Below are positions 12,224-26,300 of a stretch of DNA of 64,000 nucleotides, piece by piece (the first letter of the stretch is position 1; each line of letters opens with the position of its first letter). This stretch comes from Leptogorgia sarmentosa (Eukaryota). The DNA lies in NCBI GenBank assembly GCA_964658305.1, contig OZ210884.1, forward strand, positions 3,844,001 to 3,908,000, read 5' to 3'. The position numbers were made by a program, and so were the translations under genes. The notes under the pieces are model-generated. The model saw only the letters and a program-made list of their open reading frames with translations, ran no database searches and was not told the DNA's origin.

Positions 12224-15169
12224 TATGAAAGAATTTATTGAAATGGTTCTATAACATGCAAATAATATGAAAACATACTTATAACAACTATAAAGGAAAG
12301 TAAAAAGTAAAGGAAAGAAAATAGGGATTTTTGAAAGTTGTTCAAAACTTTAGTTCTGTTCGTTGACCATTCATAACTTTTAAGGGTTTCAAAATAATTG
12401 AAAAATTAATGTTTAAAATTAATGGTGTTGATTATTTGTTAATTTGTTTTTCTGGCTCACCTGGTTTTTTTAAAATGAGTGAAAAAAACAACCCAGAACG
12501 GTCAGATTCGCATCTTATTTGAATTGCATCTTATGCAAGCCCAAATAATTTATTTATTAATATTTATTTTATACAAAAGGTAAAATCTTGTAGCATCTTG
12601 ACCTAGTAAATAATTCTCTCAGTTCGATAAGTTGTTGAACTTCAATTGTCGGAACTTGAATTACGACTTCGAATTGTCTGCTATAAGAGGAATGTAGCTC
12701 ATGGGCAAACGAACCCGCCAACTATACGTATGTGCAACGGCTAAAGTGAATTAACATCAACAAAGGTTCGGGTGTGAACCTCGAAGTTCAACAAAAAATT
12801 ATATCATATATTCAACCGTATTGGATTTCGTCCAATGAACGGTCGTGAATACTATAGTGATTTACCGCGGGGTTTAATATTTTTTGAAACTGCAATTTTT
12901 TTGAACGAAATTGAAATTTTTCTCACTTCAAATTGTGTGACATCTAGAAAGAATATATTGCTCAATGCATGTTGGTTTCTCTTTTTCACAGCGAATCGGC
13001 ACGCAAGGAAATAATTTCACGACATAACTAACACTGGACGTGATTTCGTTGAAACAGTCGTACATTTGGGACAAATAGTTTCTGCACTGAAAATTCCAAA
13101 AATTGAATAATAGATATAGCTACCACATTGAACCGAGTATTTAGAAAAAACTGTCTAATTTCATTTCTTGCGCGTAACTTTTCCTTTATGATTTATAGTG
13201 CATGCAATTGAAACATTCTGAACGGCTCTATTAATTCAGAGGAACAATGCTAATGATAAACGAAGTGAGGAACAACGCAAGGGATTTATGTTACTTCAGA
13301 CATGTTACGGTTAAGGAAAATATAATATACCAAATAGCTACGACTATTTATCGGTGACTAAACCCTACTTTGTTGAAAGCATAAATGAAAGGGCTACAGT
13401 TGAAGATGAGTTTAATTTGCTCTTAAATTTGATCAGTAAAATAATTTGATTTTGAATATTATATTACGTATTGAATATTATAATAAATAAGGAGTATATT
13501 TTAATATGAAAACAATCGGAAAATCAGCACATGCCCAATATTTATCTTGCGGTAAGCTTTTCAACACATGTATCTAATTTTCATTTTCCATGGTTAGTGC
13601 ATGCATATTAGTATACTATACTTTCTATATGAATTTTATTTTTATTTCGAAAAATATCTGGGTCAAAGAAGGAGAAACTCGGCCTTTTTGTTGAAACACA
13701 CAAATCACCTGTGGTACATTTTATGAGTGTGCCAAGCACGAGCGGAAGTTCACCGCACAGAAAGGCAATTTCTCATTGTTAGTCAAGAACAAGTGTAATT
13801 TAATATACAGAGAGTCTTTGTACTGCGAGACCAAACTACTCAAGACATTATTTGTTGTACCTTGAAAATATTCCTGGTTTACCAATTTACTTCAGAAATT
13901 AAAAGCGAACAGATATTGAGCAATATAAGACCTATATACAGACGCCTGCAGCATCACGCATTGTAACACTCTCATAAAGTCTTATTTCCCTAGAAGATTT
14001 CTCATTTCGAGTACAGACTTTTCAGTGTGGATTCTATTTTACGGTTCTTATTCACGAATTTAAATATTGATACAACTTATTATTCGAAAAAAGTTGTCCT
14101 TGAAAGACCTTGAAATCAAAGCGATTGAGCATTATGAGCATTAACATTTTTTCTACTGTTAGCTATCTTGTTTTATCTTATTTTGCAAAATGCTCCTAGT
14201 TTAGTTTTATATTTTTTCAATCCTTTAACATTGTCTCAGGTATTGATGTGAAGAAGAAGAAAATACTCTCCATGTGCTGACTTTGCTATCGTTTTCATAT
14301 TGTTTCTAATCTCTTGATCTTTTAGTCTATAGCAGCTAATCAGCATGGTGAGACAAAATAGTTACAATTTTGTTTCAAATTCTCGTTGTTTTACTATATT
14401 AATCTAGAATTTGAGTTTGTATTGGTTTTTGAACGCAAATGGTTGGACTTTTCAAGTTCAATCCCGTCCTCTACTTTAGCCGTTGGGTGTCTTAAATTTT
14501 TTAATAAAAACACAACAAGGCTCAGCCTCTTCCGCATGTGTGTATATCTGTCTGCCCAAGCAAAAACTATATTTTGCTAGGCAGAAAATTTCAAGTGGCC
14601 ACCATTTTAAGAACAATTAGAGAACTATCTACTAGGTCAAGGTGAAGAATATGATAAAGACTGCTCTTTGTTTACGTAATCCGGCGTTAAACATCCGCTG
14701 TACCGTTTTTATTTTATTTGTTTTGTATGTGCTTTAAAAATCGAGAGCTATAAAGAGTTGGCTGTTGTAAACTACAGTCCAAACTTACAAATCACACTCC
14801 CATTAACAATGCTGTAACTGACGGTAATTATTTCTTTAGGCTTAACCTCAAAAAATACTACATTAGCGGTAACACAACAATATGACATTTCATATTTTAT
14901 GAAAATGTTAGGTTGGAAATTTTTTTTTGGGTTGTACTAGGCCTAAATTTTTCAAAATTGTATTTCCTTTTGAAATGATATTAGTAATATATTATTGTCC
15001 TCTATCAATATAATTATATATAATAATAGTATCATTATCATTGTCCTTTAATTGGCCCTTTAACTTAATCTGTATTCAAATCAATGGGCGTAATCTTTCG
15101 AAACCGCAACCATATGTTGTGCAATTATTTCCTGGTTTGTTAAACTCTTGTTTAATGTAATCTCTAATA

Positions 15170-16330
15170 ATCGACATTACAGGTCGCGATCGTGCAAAAA
15201 TATCGGCGTTTTCCTTCAAAAGCCAGCAGGGAATACCATCTGGGCCAGTAGCTTTGATTGAGTTTAGTCCTAACAACTTCTGAAAAACTGATTGCTCTGT
15301 GACGGTAAATGCATAGGGGTTCATTATCGTTTTCAAGACGAACGTTAGGAGATAACGGAGAAAAGTCACTCATTGAGGCTAGGAATCCTTGTTTAACAGC
15401 ATTTGCAATATTGACTGGAGTTGGTTCGACTGGGTCACTAACTTCCTGTTGTAGAATTGAAACTGTACTGTCACGTGTTACTGCTGCCATCCCACTGAGT
15501 TTCTTAATTTCCTTCCACTAACCTGAAGGGTCACATTCTTTCAATTGTTTAACTCTTGAATCATAATATTTTGCCCGACATGACTTCCTCTCTCGATTAA
15601 CTCGGTTTCTAAGTGATCGGAAGTTGGCCATGTGAAGACTAGGCTTCCTGACGTGCACGTATCATCTTTTTGAGGTTTTTGTTGAGCCACGGAGGCTCGT
15701 TAGTTATAATTGTTTTCTTCTTCATTGGAAGAACGGAATTCATACCTAAACTAACGATTTTTTCCAACATCGTAGTTATTTCCCCACAAGTCAACTCATT
15801 ATCTACCAATGTTTGAATGTTAACAGCTTCCAAATATGTTCTCATCGCTAACCGTTTCGTTGGTCTAATATCTCTTGTCTTAATGCTTGTCTTGGACTTG
15901 AATATTGTCTGTCGGGAGAGTGGTAAAACTTTAACCGTTACATGATCAGAAAGACCAAGGGGAGAGAGCTTAATAGGGGAGGCGTAATATTCTTTCAAAT
16001 TGGTTAAGATAAGATCCAAGGAGTTTCGGCCACGTGTGGAAAATTCACAATTTGCTTAAGCCTAAAGTTACGGCATTTGATTCTAGAAACATTTAATTTG
16101 TTAAAGTCACCAAGCAGAATGACGCCACTGTTTGGGAAACGAGATTCGATTGTTGACAGACATTTTAATAAATGTTCTAATATTTCTTGATTGTTAGGAC
16201 TAGGAGGATGGTATAACGTTCCAATGATTATGCAGGAAATTTCCCTTGGAAGACGAGTTGCACGGCCGAATATGAACCCAGATGATTTCAAAATTGCTGT
16301 CTATAAGAGCTCTTGTAAAATGTTGCATTG
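15170..16330 (-). mobile_element. Decayed LINE fragment (APE endonuclease and linker, CR1/L2 group), frameshifted, RT domain absent
   Basis: Across several frames: IIGTLYHPP, ILLGDFN, DLILTN, LGLSDH, PPWLN, KATGPDGIP. Confidence 0.88.
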
Positions 16331-16475
16331 AATATGATTCCTTACGTACATACAGACTCCCCCATGTTGACTGTTAATTCTGTCAAGGCGAACCAACCTA
16401 AATCCAGACACGTTAACAACATTATCATCGATATGTTCTCCAGCTCTAATTTGATTGGTCCAAAGTGATAACATA

Positions 16476-16597
16476 AAATTGCACTGTGATTACAGAAAAT
16501 TGCACTGTGATTACAGAAAATTGCACTGTGATTACAGAAAATTGCACTGTGATTACAGAAAATTGCACTGTGATTACAGAAAATTGCACTGTGATTT
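16476..16597. repeat. 21-bp minisatellite (AAAATTGCACTGTGATTACAG), ~6 copies
   Basis: Direct reading; explains the CNHSAIF-repeat ORF. Confidence 0.95.
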
Positions 16598-17279
16598 GGG
16601 ATTAACTGCACTGAAATGAACCAATCACAGTCGAGTAATATTCTTTTATGTATATTATTGGAATGCGTAACCGCCGTAAACATCGCATTTTAAAGCATTA
16701 TTCAGTATTTGCAGGACGGAGGAAGTAAATACGGAGGAGAACACTCATATTTTCGTGTTCTACATTATTTTTTGAAATAACCCATCATCATTTGTAAATA
16801 ACTGTGAGCACTTATAATTTCAAAATATATAGGAGCAATTATAAATTTATCATTATGTGCTCGGCATGAATTTGTGTATTTATAATTTTCCGCAAATAGA
16901 AGCAAGTTATCGCCTACTATCGCGGTAATATAATATGTGGTTTAAATCTTCAGGCGAAAAAAAAATTATTCTTTTTGCCTCTTACAGGATGTCTTATCCT
17001 TCTCAAAATTCTACCGAAACACGGACCATTTTGTTGTTTTGCTTTCGCTAGAGCTAATATCCTAGTAGCTCATAAAGCGATATAAATTAAAGTGATATGA
17101 TCCTGTCATTTGTATTCGCCCGCACGTGATCTTACATCATGCGTGTTAAATAAAAAAATTGAGAGCATGCATGTTGCAAGTTTCAATATTGATATATACG
17201 ATTGAGCCAGATATTATGTTTGCACTCTGTATGTATGTTTGAGAAGATTGTCAAGCCCGAACTGGCTGATATTTAACAA

Positions 17280-17349
17280 ATGGCTTGTCTTGTAGTACGT
17301 AATTGCCTGTTTATCTGTGTGTTTCTGACGATTTATGTGGAAACCAGAG
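17280..17349 (+). CDS. Putative first exon encoding a signal peptide ([24 protein letters not shown])
   Basis: ATG in AAAATGG context, basic residue then hydrophobic core, strong donor AG|GTAAGC in phase 1 matching the EGF exons. Confidence 0.65.
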
Positions 17350-20300
17350 GTAAGCTTTGCGTCGAATTTTGATAATTTCAATTCCTATATTGAAGCACAC
17401 TGTAAAAACATATTGGTTGAAATGACCAGAATGTCTGAGAGAACCAATAAAAATTGGTCATTTTTACCAATAAAATTAACCAATAACTAATTGGTCATTT
17501 GAATATCCATATAATAGCATCATATCAGTAACCAATAAGGAACTAACTGTCTTCATGTGTGTTTTTATCAAATTCTAAAAAAATATGCGACTAGCCTTCG
17601 GCTAACTTTTCATTGAACTAGCTATAATTAATTTCTTGATACTGGTTTTTTAAGGGTATAATAATTGCCTTTTATGTTTTTCAGGGAAGAACACTTAAGA
17701 TTGAATTTATAAAGTATGCATTATATAGATATATGGTTTATCCATCGCGTGTATCTGTAAAATGCAACAAAAATAGGAAAAAAGTAGTATAATTTCCTTA
17801 CAAATGAAAGTAACTGTCGAGAACTTTGCCCAATCTCAAACACACTGCCGTGAAACCTTGCCATAAGCGCATAAATGTATCACAAACTGGGCGGTAGTAA
17901 ATTGATCTTTTTCTCTAAACTGGCGCTTTTTTTATTCTATATGACATGTCTTATTAATATATCAATCATGAATTACTAGCCTAGAAGAAATTAAATGAAA
18001 AAGCCTATCATTGCAGATGGCATGAATGTTATGTTAGAAAATTTCAGCCAATTTGTTGTTAAGTAATGCGGAAGTGTTTGTAAAAAATCTCTAATATTAT
18101 GTAACCTAAAATTAAATGCAACCTAAAATTCATGGTCATGTTAAAGCCTGGCATACCTAGATCGACATGCAGGTCGTAATTTTATACCAGAAAATTATAG
18201 CCAACTGATTACTGAATTCGTGGTTCATAAATGCGGAAGTGTTTGTAAAAAATCTCTAATATTATGTAACCTGAAATTAAATGTAACCTAAAATTCATAG
18301 CAAAGCCTATCACTGGCATGGCAGACCTAGATCGACTGACATGGCAGACCTAGAACTACGCTCGTTATCGCTCGGAGCCACTCGCCCGTATGCGCCCTCA
18401 CCGTCCAACAAGAATAGGGACCTTAAGATCTACAACGCGACCAACTCGACGACGCGCTTTCCGAAGAAAGAAATTTTTATGCTGAACAAAAACCAAGCAT
18501 AAATTGTGGTCCCCAAGGGCCATCCTCAACGGCGTTGTTGTTATCAACGCAACGTTAAACTAAGCATAATCACGTCTTCAAAACAACGTGAAGGCGGATT
18601 ACAACGTGAGAGCTGTTACTTCAAGCTGACTACAGCAACGATCGCATTGCTTTAGCTGAACCTACAGTGTGTAACTGTTTCTTGAACAAAATTCCAACAT
18701 CTATTAAAGCATAAAAAGGTCAGCACTCATTTTCAAGCCGAAAGTTAGACCCCGTCGTCGAGTTGGTCGTGTTGTAGACCTTAAGGTCCCTATATTTACT
18801 GCAACGGAGCCCAGCTAATCCCGATGAACCACTGTTTATGCTCCAAAATAAGGAACTCCTTACGAGAACTCTACCTAACGCTAATCTCAGAGAACTGTTA
18901 AAAATGTTAGGTTATAACGAGACAGGGAACGCCCCGCATAGTTTTAGAATAGGTGCAGCTTTACGTTATCAGCGTCCAATAATTATTTTTTTGGATCGAA
19001 CTTGCATCCAAAAAAAGTATTATTGGACTCTCTCGTGCGCAAACCCTAGCGCTGTCAAAAGCTTGAAGCTAAAAGCGCGCGAAAAAACAAACAATGGCCT
19101 GCAGCAGATTTGTGGTATGTTTTACTACGTGAAAATGGTATATATAACCACGGATGCAACCATCTAACTGCTGCAGTGTAAAACTTAATTCCAGAGCATT
19201 GTTTCTATGTTATTTAGTATATTTCTTTCACATTTTGCATTTGGTCGTATTTTTAAACCGATAAACGTCGTATTTATAATACTAAACGATTTTAGATTTA
19301 CGTCGTATTTATAATATAACCATGTCGAATATAAAATGTATATGGCGTTAGGCTTTAGGCAGTGTAAATTGGTAGCGATATAACTGTACTTGAAGGTACA
19401 AAACATCGATTTCAGTTTATGTTGTACCTGCAAGTACACTTTTGCTATCACCACCAAACTCACATTTGACGAGTAATACACCATGGTTATATATACGCAG
19501 TTGTTATTTGCCGGTCACGGACACGTACGAGCTTTGGCAATTTACCGTGAATACGCGGGCTATTTGCGGGCAATTCTAAATTCCGACTCTAAACAAAAAA
19601 TAAAGTCTTTTCTCTCTTTTTTTCCCTAATCCAAACCCAAACTCTAATCAGACCCTAACAGCAAAAATGCTGGGAAGAGAGCAAAATAGGCAAAGCTAAA
19701 AAAAAGGTAGAACATCGCGCTCTGGATTCGAACCCGGGAATTGTTTCACGGCGATCCAAACCTAAACCACTAGACCAACGAAGCTCGACACAAACTCTCC
19801 GTAAAAAATTCCTTATAAACAGAAAAATTCACGGACAAATAGGCAAAGCTCGTACATGTCCGTGACCGGACAAATAACAACTATGTTATATATTTGCTGC
19901 CGAGCGAAGCGAGGCAGCACACTATTCTTGACACGCGGTTGTTTCCCCAGAGTCTACTCGACCCAGTCTTTCGCGCGAGTTATGTATTGTCGAGATCGAG
20001 ATCTTGTGTCTTTCTGTCTGTCTGTCTGTCTGTCTGTCCATAAAGATGTTTGTCGTATCCGGGGGCATAATTAAGCTTCAGGGACGTTTGTTAAAAGAGG
20101 GGAGCGGTCAGAATAATTAAGCTTCAGCCTTCAAGTACATAAACAAGATATTGTATTGCGCACGCGGCACGCATCTCCATGTGCTTCAAGAATCGAAAGG
20201 TTTTTACAAAAGCGTTTCATACGGATGCAAGATTGTGCTAATGTTTTATGCGTTGTGGTTTGGTATTTGGTATTTATGGCGATCACACATATGATGCAAG

Positions 20301-23300
20301 CAATGTTCAGAATGCTAGCCCTAATAGACTGTTAGGGTTAGTGTTTACTATACTATTACTAATAGTATAGTAAACACTAGCTAACCCTAACAGTAAACCT
20401 TCACCCTAACTGGCGCGCTGTTGCTTTTTAAAGAACGGGACATAAACACAATATGCGCACTGAATCGCATTTTTAATTATTATGTTGAGCTTGCGATTAA
20501 AAAACGAGATATAAACGTGGTAAACTTAATCGGTAATAATTTTCACTTCGTACTATGATCGTATCACACTATCACGAAGGCTGTCAAACGCGTGCTTTCT
20601 GAATATTCGGGTATATCACATTTCACTTCGTGTAATCGTATTACGAAAAAATGTATCTTACCCAGGCTTCTTAAAAACTCGATTACATTACATTACGTGA
20701 TCATTTTGACTTCGTATCATCGTATCATGATAACAAGTCACTGTTTCAAAAGTGGACAGGTATTCTATAACCAAGCCGGGATTTTAAAGTTTGAGCGCAA
20801 CGGCAGCAATTTTCCTTGCGATAGTAACTCCTAGTATACAGGATTTCTGTATATTTTGTATCTGCAATTACATTTTTAGTATCACTACCACAAACTGCAC
20901 ATTTGACGAGTATTTCACCATGGTTATATATACAGGATTTCTGTTATTTGGTATCTGCAAGTACACTTTATAGTATCACTACCAATCTGCACATTTGACG
21001 AGTATTTCACCATGGTAATATATACAGGATTTCTGTATATTTTGTATCTGCAAATTATACACTTATAGTATCACTACCAAACTGCACATTTGACGAGTAT
21101 TTCACCATAGTTATATATACAGGATTTCTGTATATTTTGTATCTGCAATTATACACTTTAGTATCACTACCACACTGCACATTTGACGAGTATTTCAACA
21201 TGGTTATATATACAGGATTTCTGTATATTTTATATCGAGTGCAAGTACACTTTATAGTATCACTACCAAACTGCACATTTGACGAGTATTTCAACATGGT
21301 TATATGTACCGGTCTACAGGATTTCTGTATATTTTATATCTGCAAGTACACTTCAGTAGTATCACTACCAAAATGCACATTTGACGAGTATTTCACCATG
21401 GTTATTATATACAGGATTTCTGTATATTTTGTATCTGCATATTATACACTTTAGTATCACTACCAAACTGCACATTTGACGAGTATTTCAACATGGTTAT
21501 ATATACAGGATTTCTGTATATTTTGTATCTGCATATTATACACTTTAGTATCACTACCAAACTGCACATTTGACGAGTATTTCAACATGGTTATATATAC
21601 AGGATTTCTGCATATTATACACTTTAGTATCACTACCAAACTGCACATTTGACGAGTAGTTCACCATGGTTATATATACAGGATTTCTGTATATTTTGTA
21701 TCTGCAAATTATACACTTATAGTATCACTACCAAACTGCACATTTGACGAGTATTTCACCATAGTTAAATATACAGGATTTCTGTATATTTTATATCTGC
21801 AAGTACACTTTATAGTATCACTACCAAACTGCACATTTGACGAGTATTTCACCATGGTTATATATACAGGATTTCTGTATATTTTGTATCTGCATATTAT
21901 ACACTTTATTATCACTACCAAACTGCACATTTGACGAGTATTTCAACATGGTTATATGTACCGGTCTACAGGATTTCTGTATATTTTATATCTGCAAGCA
22001 CTTCAGTAGTATCACTACCAAAATGCACATTTGACGAGTATTTCACCATGGTTATTATATACAGGATTTCTGTATATTTTGTATCTGCATATTATACACT
22101 TTAGTATCACTACCAAACTGCACATTTGACGAGTATTTCAACATGGTTATATATACAGGATTTCTGTATATTTTGTAACTGCATATTATACACTTTAGTA
22201 TCACTACCAAACTGCACATTTGACGAGTATTTCAACATGGTTATATATACAGGATTTCTGTATATTTTGTATCTGCATATTATACACTTTAGTATCACTA
22301 CCAAACTGCACATTTGACGAGTATTTCAACATGGTTATATATACAGGATTTCTGTATATTTTGTATCTGCATATTATACACTTTAGTATCACTACCAAAC
22401 TGCACATTTGACGAGTATTTCAACATGGTTATATATACAGGATTTCTGTATATTTTGTATCTGCATATTATACACTTTAGTATCACTACGAAACTGCACA
22501 TTTGACGAGTATTTCAACATGGTTATATATACAGGATTTCTGTATATTTTGTATCTGCATATTATACACTTTAGTATCACTACCAAACTGCACATTTGAC
22601 GAGTATTTCAACATGGTTATATATACAGGATTTCTGTATATTTTGTATCTGCATATTATACACTTTAGTATCACTACCAAACTGCACATTTGACGAGTAT
22701 TTCACCATGGTTATTATATACAGGATTTCTGTATATTTTGTATCTGCATATTATACACTTTAGTATCACTACCAGACTGCACATTTGACGAGTATTTCAA
22801 CATGGTTATATATACAGGATTTCTGTATATTTTGTATCTGCATATTATACACTTTAGCATCACTACCAAACTACACATTTGACGAGTATTTCACCATGGT
22901 TATGTATACAGGATTTCTGTATATTTTGTATCTGCAAGTACACTTTAGTATCACTACCAAACTGCACATTTGACGAGTATTTGAACATGGTTATATATAC
23001 AGGATTTCTGTATATTTTGTATCTGCATATTATACACTTTAGTATCACTACCAAACTGCACATTTGACGAGTATTTCACCATGGTTATATATACAGGATT
23101 TCTGTATATTTTGTATCTGCAATTATACACTTTAGTTAGTATCACTACCAAACTGCACATTTGACGAGTATTTCACCATGGTTATATATACAGGATTTCT
23201 GTATATTTTGTATCTGCATATTATACACCTTAGTATCACTACCAAACTGCACATTTGACGAGTATTTCAACATGGTTATATACTGATACAGGATTTCTGT

Positions 23301-26300
23301 ATACTTTGTATCGGCAAGTACACTTCAGTAGTATCACTACCAAAATGCACATTTGACGAGTATTTCACCATGGTTATATATACAGGATTTCTGTATATTT
23401 TGTATCTGCATATTATACACTTTAGTATCACTACCAAACTACACATTTGACGAGTATTTCACCATGGTTATATATACAGGATTTCTGTATATTTTGTATC
23501 TGCAATTATACACTTTAGTTAGTATCACTACCAAAATGCACATTTGACGAGTATTTCAACATGGTTATATGTACAGGTCTACAGGATTTCTGTCATTCAG
23601 GAGTATAACTACCAAAATGCACATTTGACGAGTATTTCACCATGGTTATATATACAGGATTTCGGAATATTTTATATCTGCATATTATACACTTTAGTAT
23701 CACTACCAAACTACACATTTGACGAGTATTTCACCATGGTTATATATACAGGATTTCTGTATATTTTGTATCTGCAAGTACACTTTAGTATCACTACCAA
23801 ACTGCACATTTGACGAGTATTTCACCATGGTTATATATACAGGATTTCTGTATATTTTGTATCTGCATATTATACACCTTAGTATCACTACCAAACTGTA
23901 CATTTGATGAGTATTTCACCATGGTTATATATACAGGATTTCGGAATATTTTGTATCTGCATATTATACACTTTAGTATCACTACCAAACTACACATTTG
24001 ACGAGTATTTCACCATGGTTATATATACAGGATTTCTGTATATTTTGTATCTGCAAGTACACTTTAGTATCACTACCAAACTGCACATTTGACGAGTATT
24101 TCACCATGGTTATATATACAGGATTTCTGTATATTTTGTATCTGCATATTATACACCTTAGTATCACTACCAAACTGTACATTTGACGAGTATTTCACCA
24201 TGGTTATATATACAGGATTTCGGAATATTTTGTATCTGCATATTATACACTTTAGTATCACTACCAAACTACACATTTGACGAGTATTTCACCATGGTTA
24301 TATATACAGGATTTCTGTATATTTTGTATCTGCAAGTACACTTTAGTATCACTACCAAACTGCACATTTGACGAGTATTTCACCATGGTTATATATACAG
24401 GATTTCTGTATATTTTGTATCTGCAATTATACACTTTAGTATCACTACCAAAATGCACTGTTGACGAGTATTTCATCATGGTTATTATATAATTGGATTT
24501 CCGATGTTTTGTATCTGCTAGCGCAGTTTAGATATCGCTTTGGGGTGGTGATATCTAAACTGTACTTGCAGATACAAAGTATACAGAAATCCTGTATATA
24601 TATAAAACCATGATGAAATATTCGTCACATTATTTACTATACGATCTGTACCATATATATGTCTTGGGGTAGTGATATCTAAACTGTACTTGCAGATACA
24701 AAGTATACAGAAATCCTGTATATATAACCATGATGAAATACTCGTCACATTTAAAATTTAATATACTACCTACCATAGGTTTTGGGGTGGTGATATCTAA
24801 ACTGTACTTGCAGATACAAAGTATACAGAAATCCTGTATATATAACCATGATGAAATACTCGTCACATTTAAAATTTAATGTCCGACCTATACCATAGGT
24901 TTTGGGGTGGTGATATCTAAACTGTACTTGCAGATACAAAGTATACAGAAATCCTGTATATATAACCATGATGAAATACTCTTCACATTTAAAATTTAAT
25001 TATATACGATCTATACTATATGTCTTGGGGTGGGGGGGGGGGGGGGGTGATATCTAAACTGTACTTGCAGATACAAAGTATACAGAAATCCTGTATATAT
25101 AAACATGATGAAATACTCGTCACATTTAAAATTTAATATCCGACCTATACCATAGGTTTTGGGGAGGTGATATCTAAACTGTACTTGCAGATACAAAGTA
25201 TACAGAAATCCTGTATATATAACCATGATGAAATACTCGTCACATTTAAAATTTAATATACGACCTATACCATAGGTTTTGGGGTGGTGATATCTAAACT
25301 GTACTTGCAGATACAAAGTATACAGAAATCCTGTATATATAACCATGATGAAATACTCGTCACATTATTTACTATACGATCTGTACTATATATAGGTCTT
25401 GGGGTAGTGATATCTAAACTGTACTTGCAGATACAAAGTATACAGAAATCCTGTATATATAACCATGATGAAATATTCGTCACATTATTTACTATACGAT
25501 CTGTACTATATGTCTTGGGGTAGTGATATCTAAACTGTACTTGCAGATACAAAGTATACAGAAATCCTGTATATATAACCATGATGAAATACTCGTCACA
25601 TTTAAAATTTAATATACTACCTACCATAGGTTTTGGGGTGGTGATATCTAAACTGTACTTGCAGATACAAAGTATACAGAAATCCTGTATATATAACCAT
25701 GATGAAATACTCGTCACATTTAAAATTTAATATCCGACCTATACCATAGGTTTTGGGGTGGTGATATCTAAACTGTACTTGCAGATACAAAGTATACAGA
25801 AATCCTGTATATATAACCATGATGAAATACTCGTCACATTTAAAATTTAATATACGATCTATACTATATGTCTTGGGGTAGTGATATCTAAACTGTACTT
25901 GCAGATACAAAGTATACAGAAATCCTGTATATATAACCATGATGAAATACTCGTCACATTTAAAATTTAATATACGATCTATACTATATGTCTTGGGGTA
26001 GTGATATCTAAACTGTACTTGCAGATACAAAGTATACAGAAATCCTGTATATATATAACGATGATGAAATACTCGTCACATTTAAAATTTAATATACGAT
26101 CTATACTATATGTCTTGGGGTAGTGATATCTAAACTGTACTTGCAGATACAAAGTATACAGAAATCCTGTATATATAACCATGATGAAATACTCGTCACA
26201 TTTAAAATTTAATATACGATCTATACTATATGTCTTGGGGTAGTGATATCTAAACTGTACTTGCAGATACAAAGTATACAGAAATCCTGTATATATATAA

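Noticed and set aside
18066..18300. Local duplication of ~65 bp (18066 and 18229)
   Set aside because: Ordinary short intronic duplication with no further structure.
19715..19785. Functional tRNA gene (also 26531-26600)
   Set aside because: A/B boxes are present but there is no convincing acceptor or anticodon stem, and both lie inside TIR elements.
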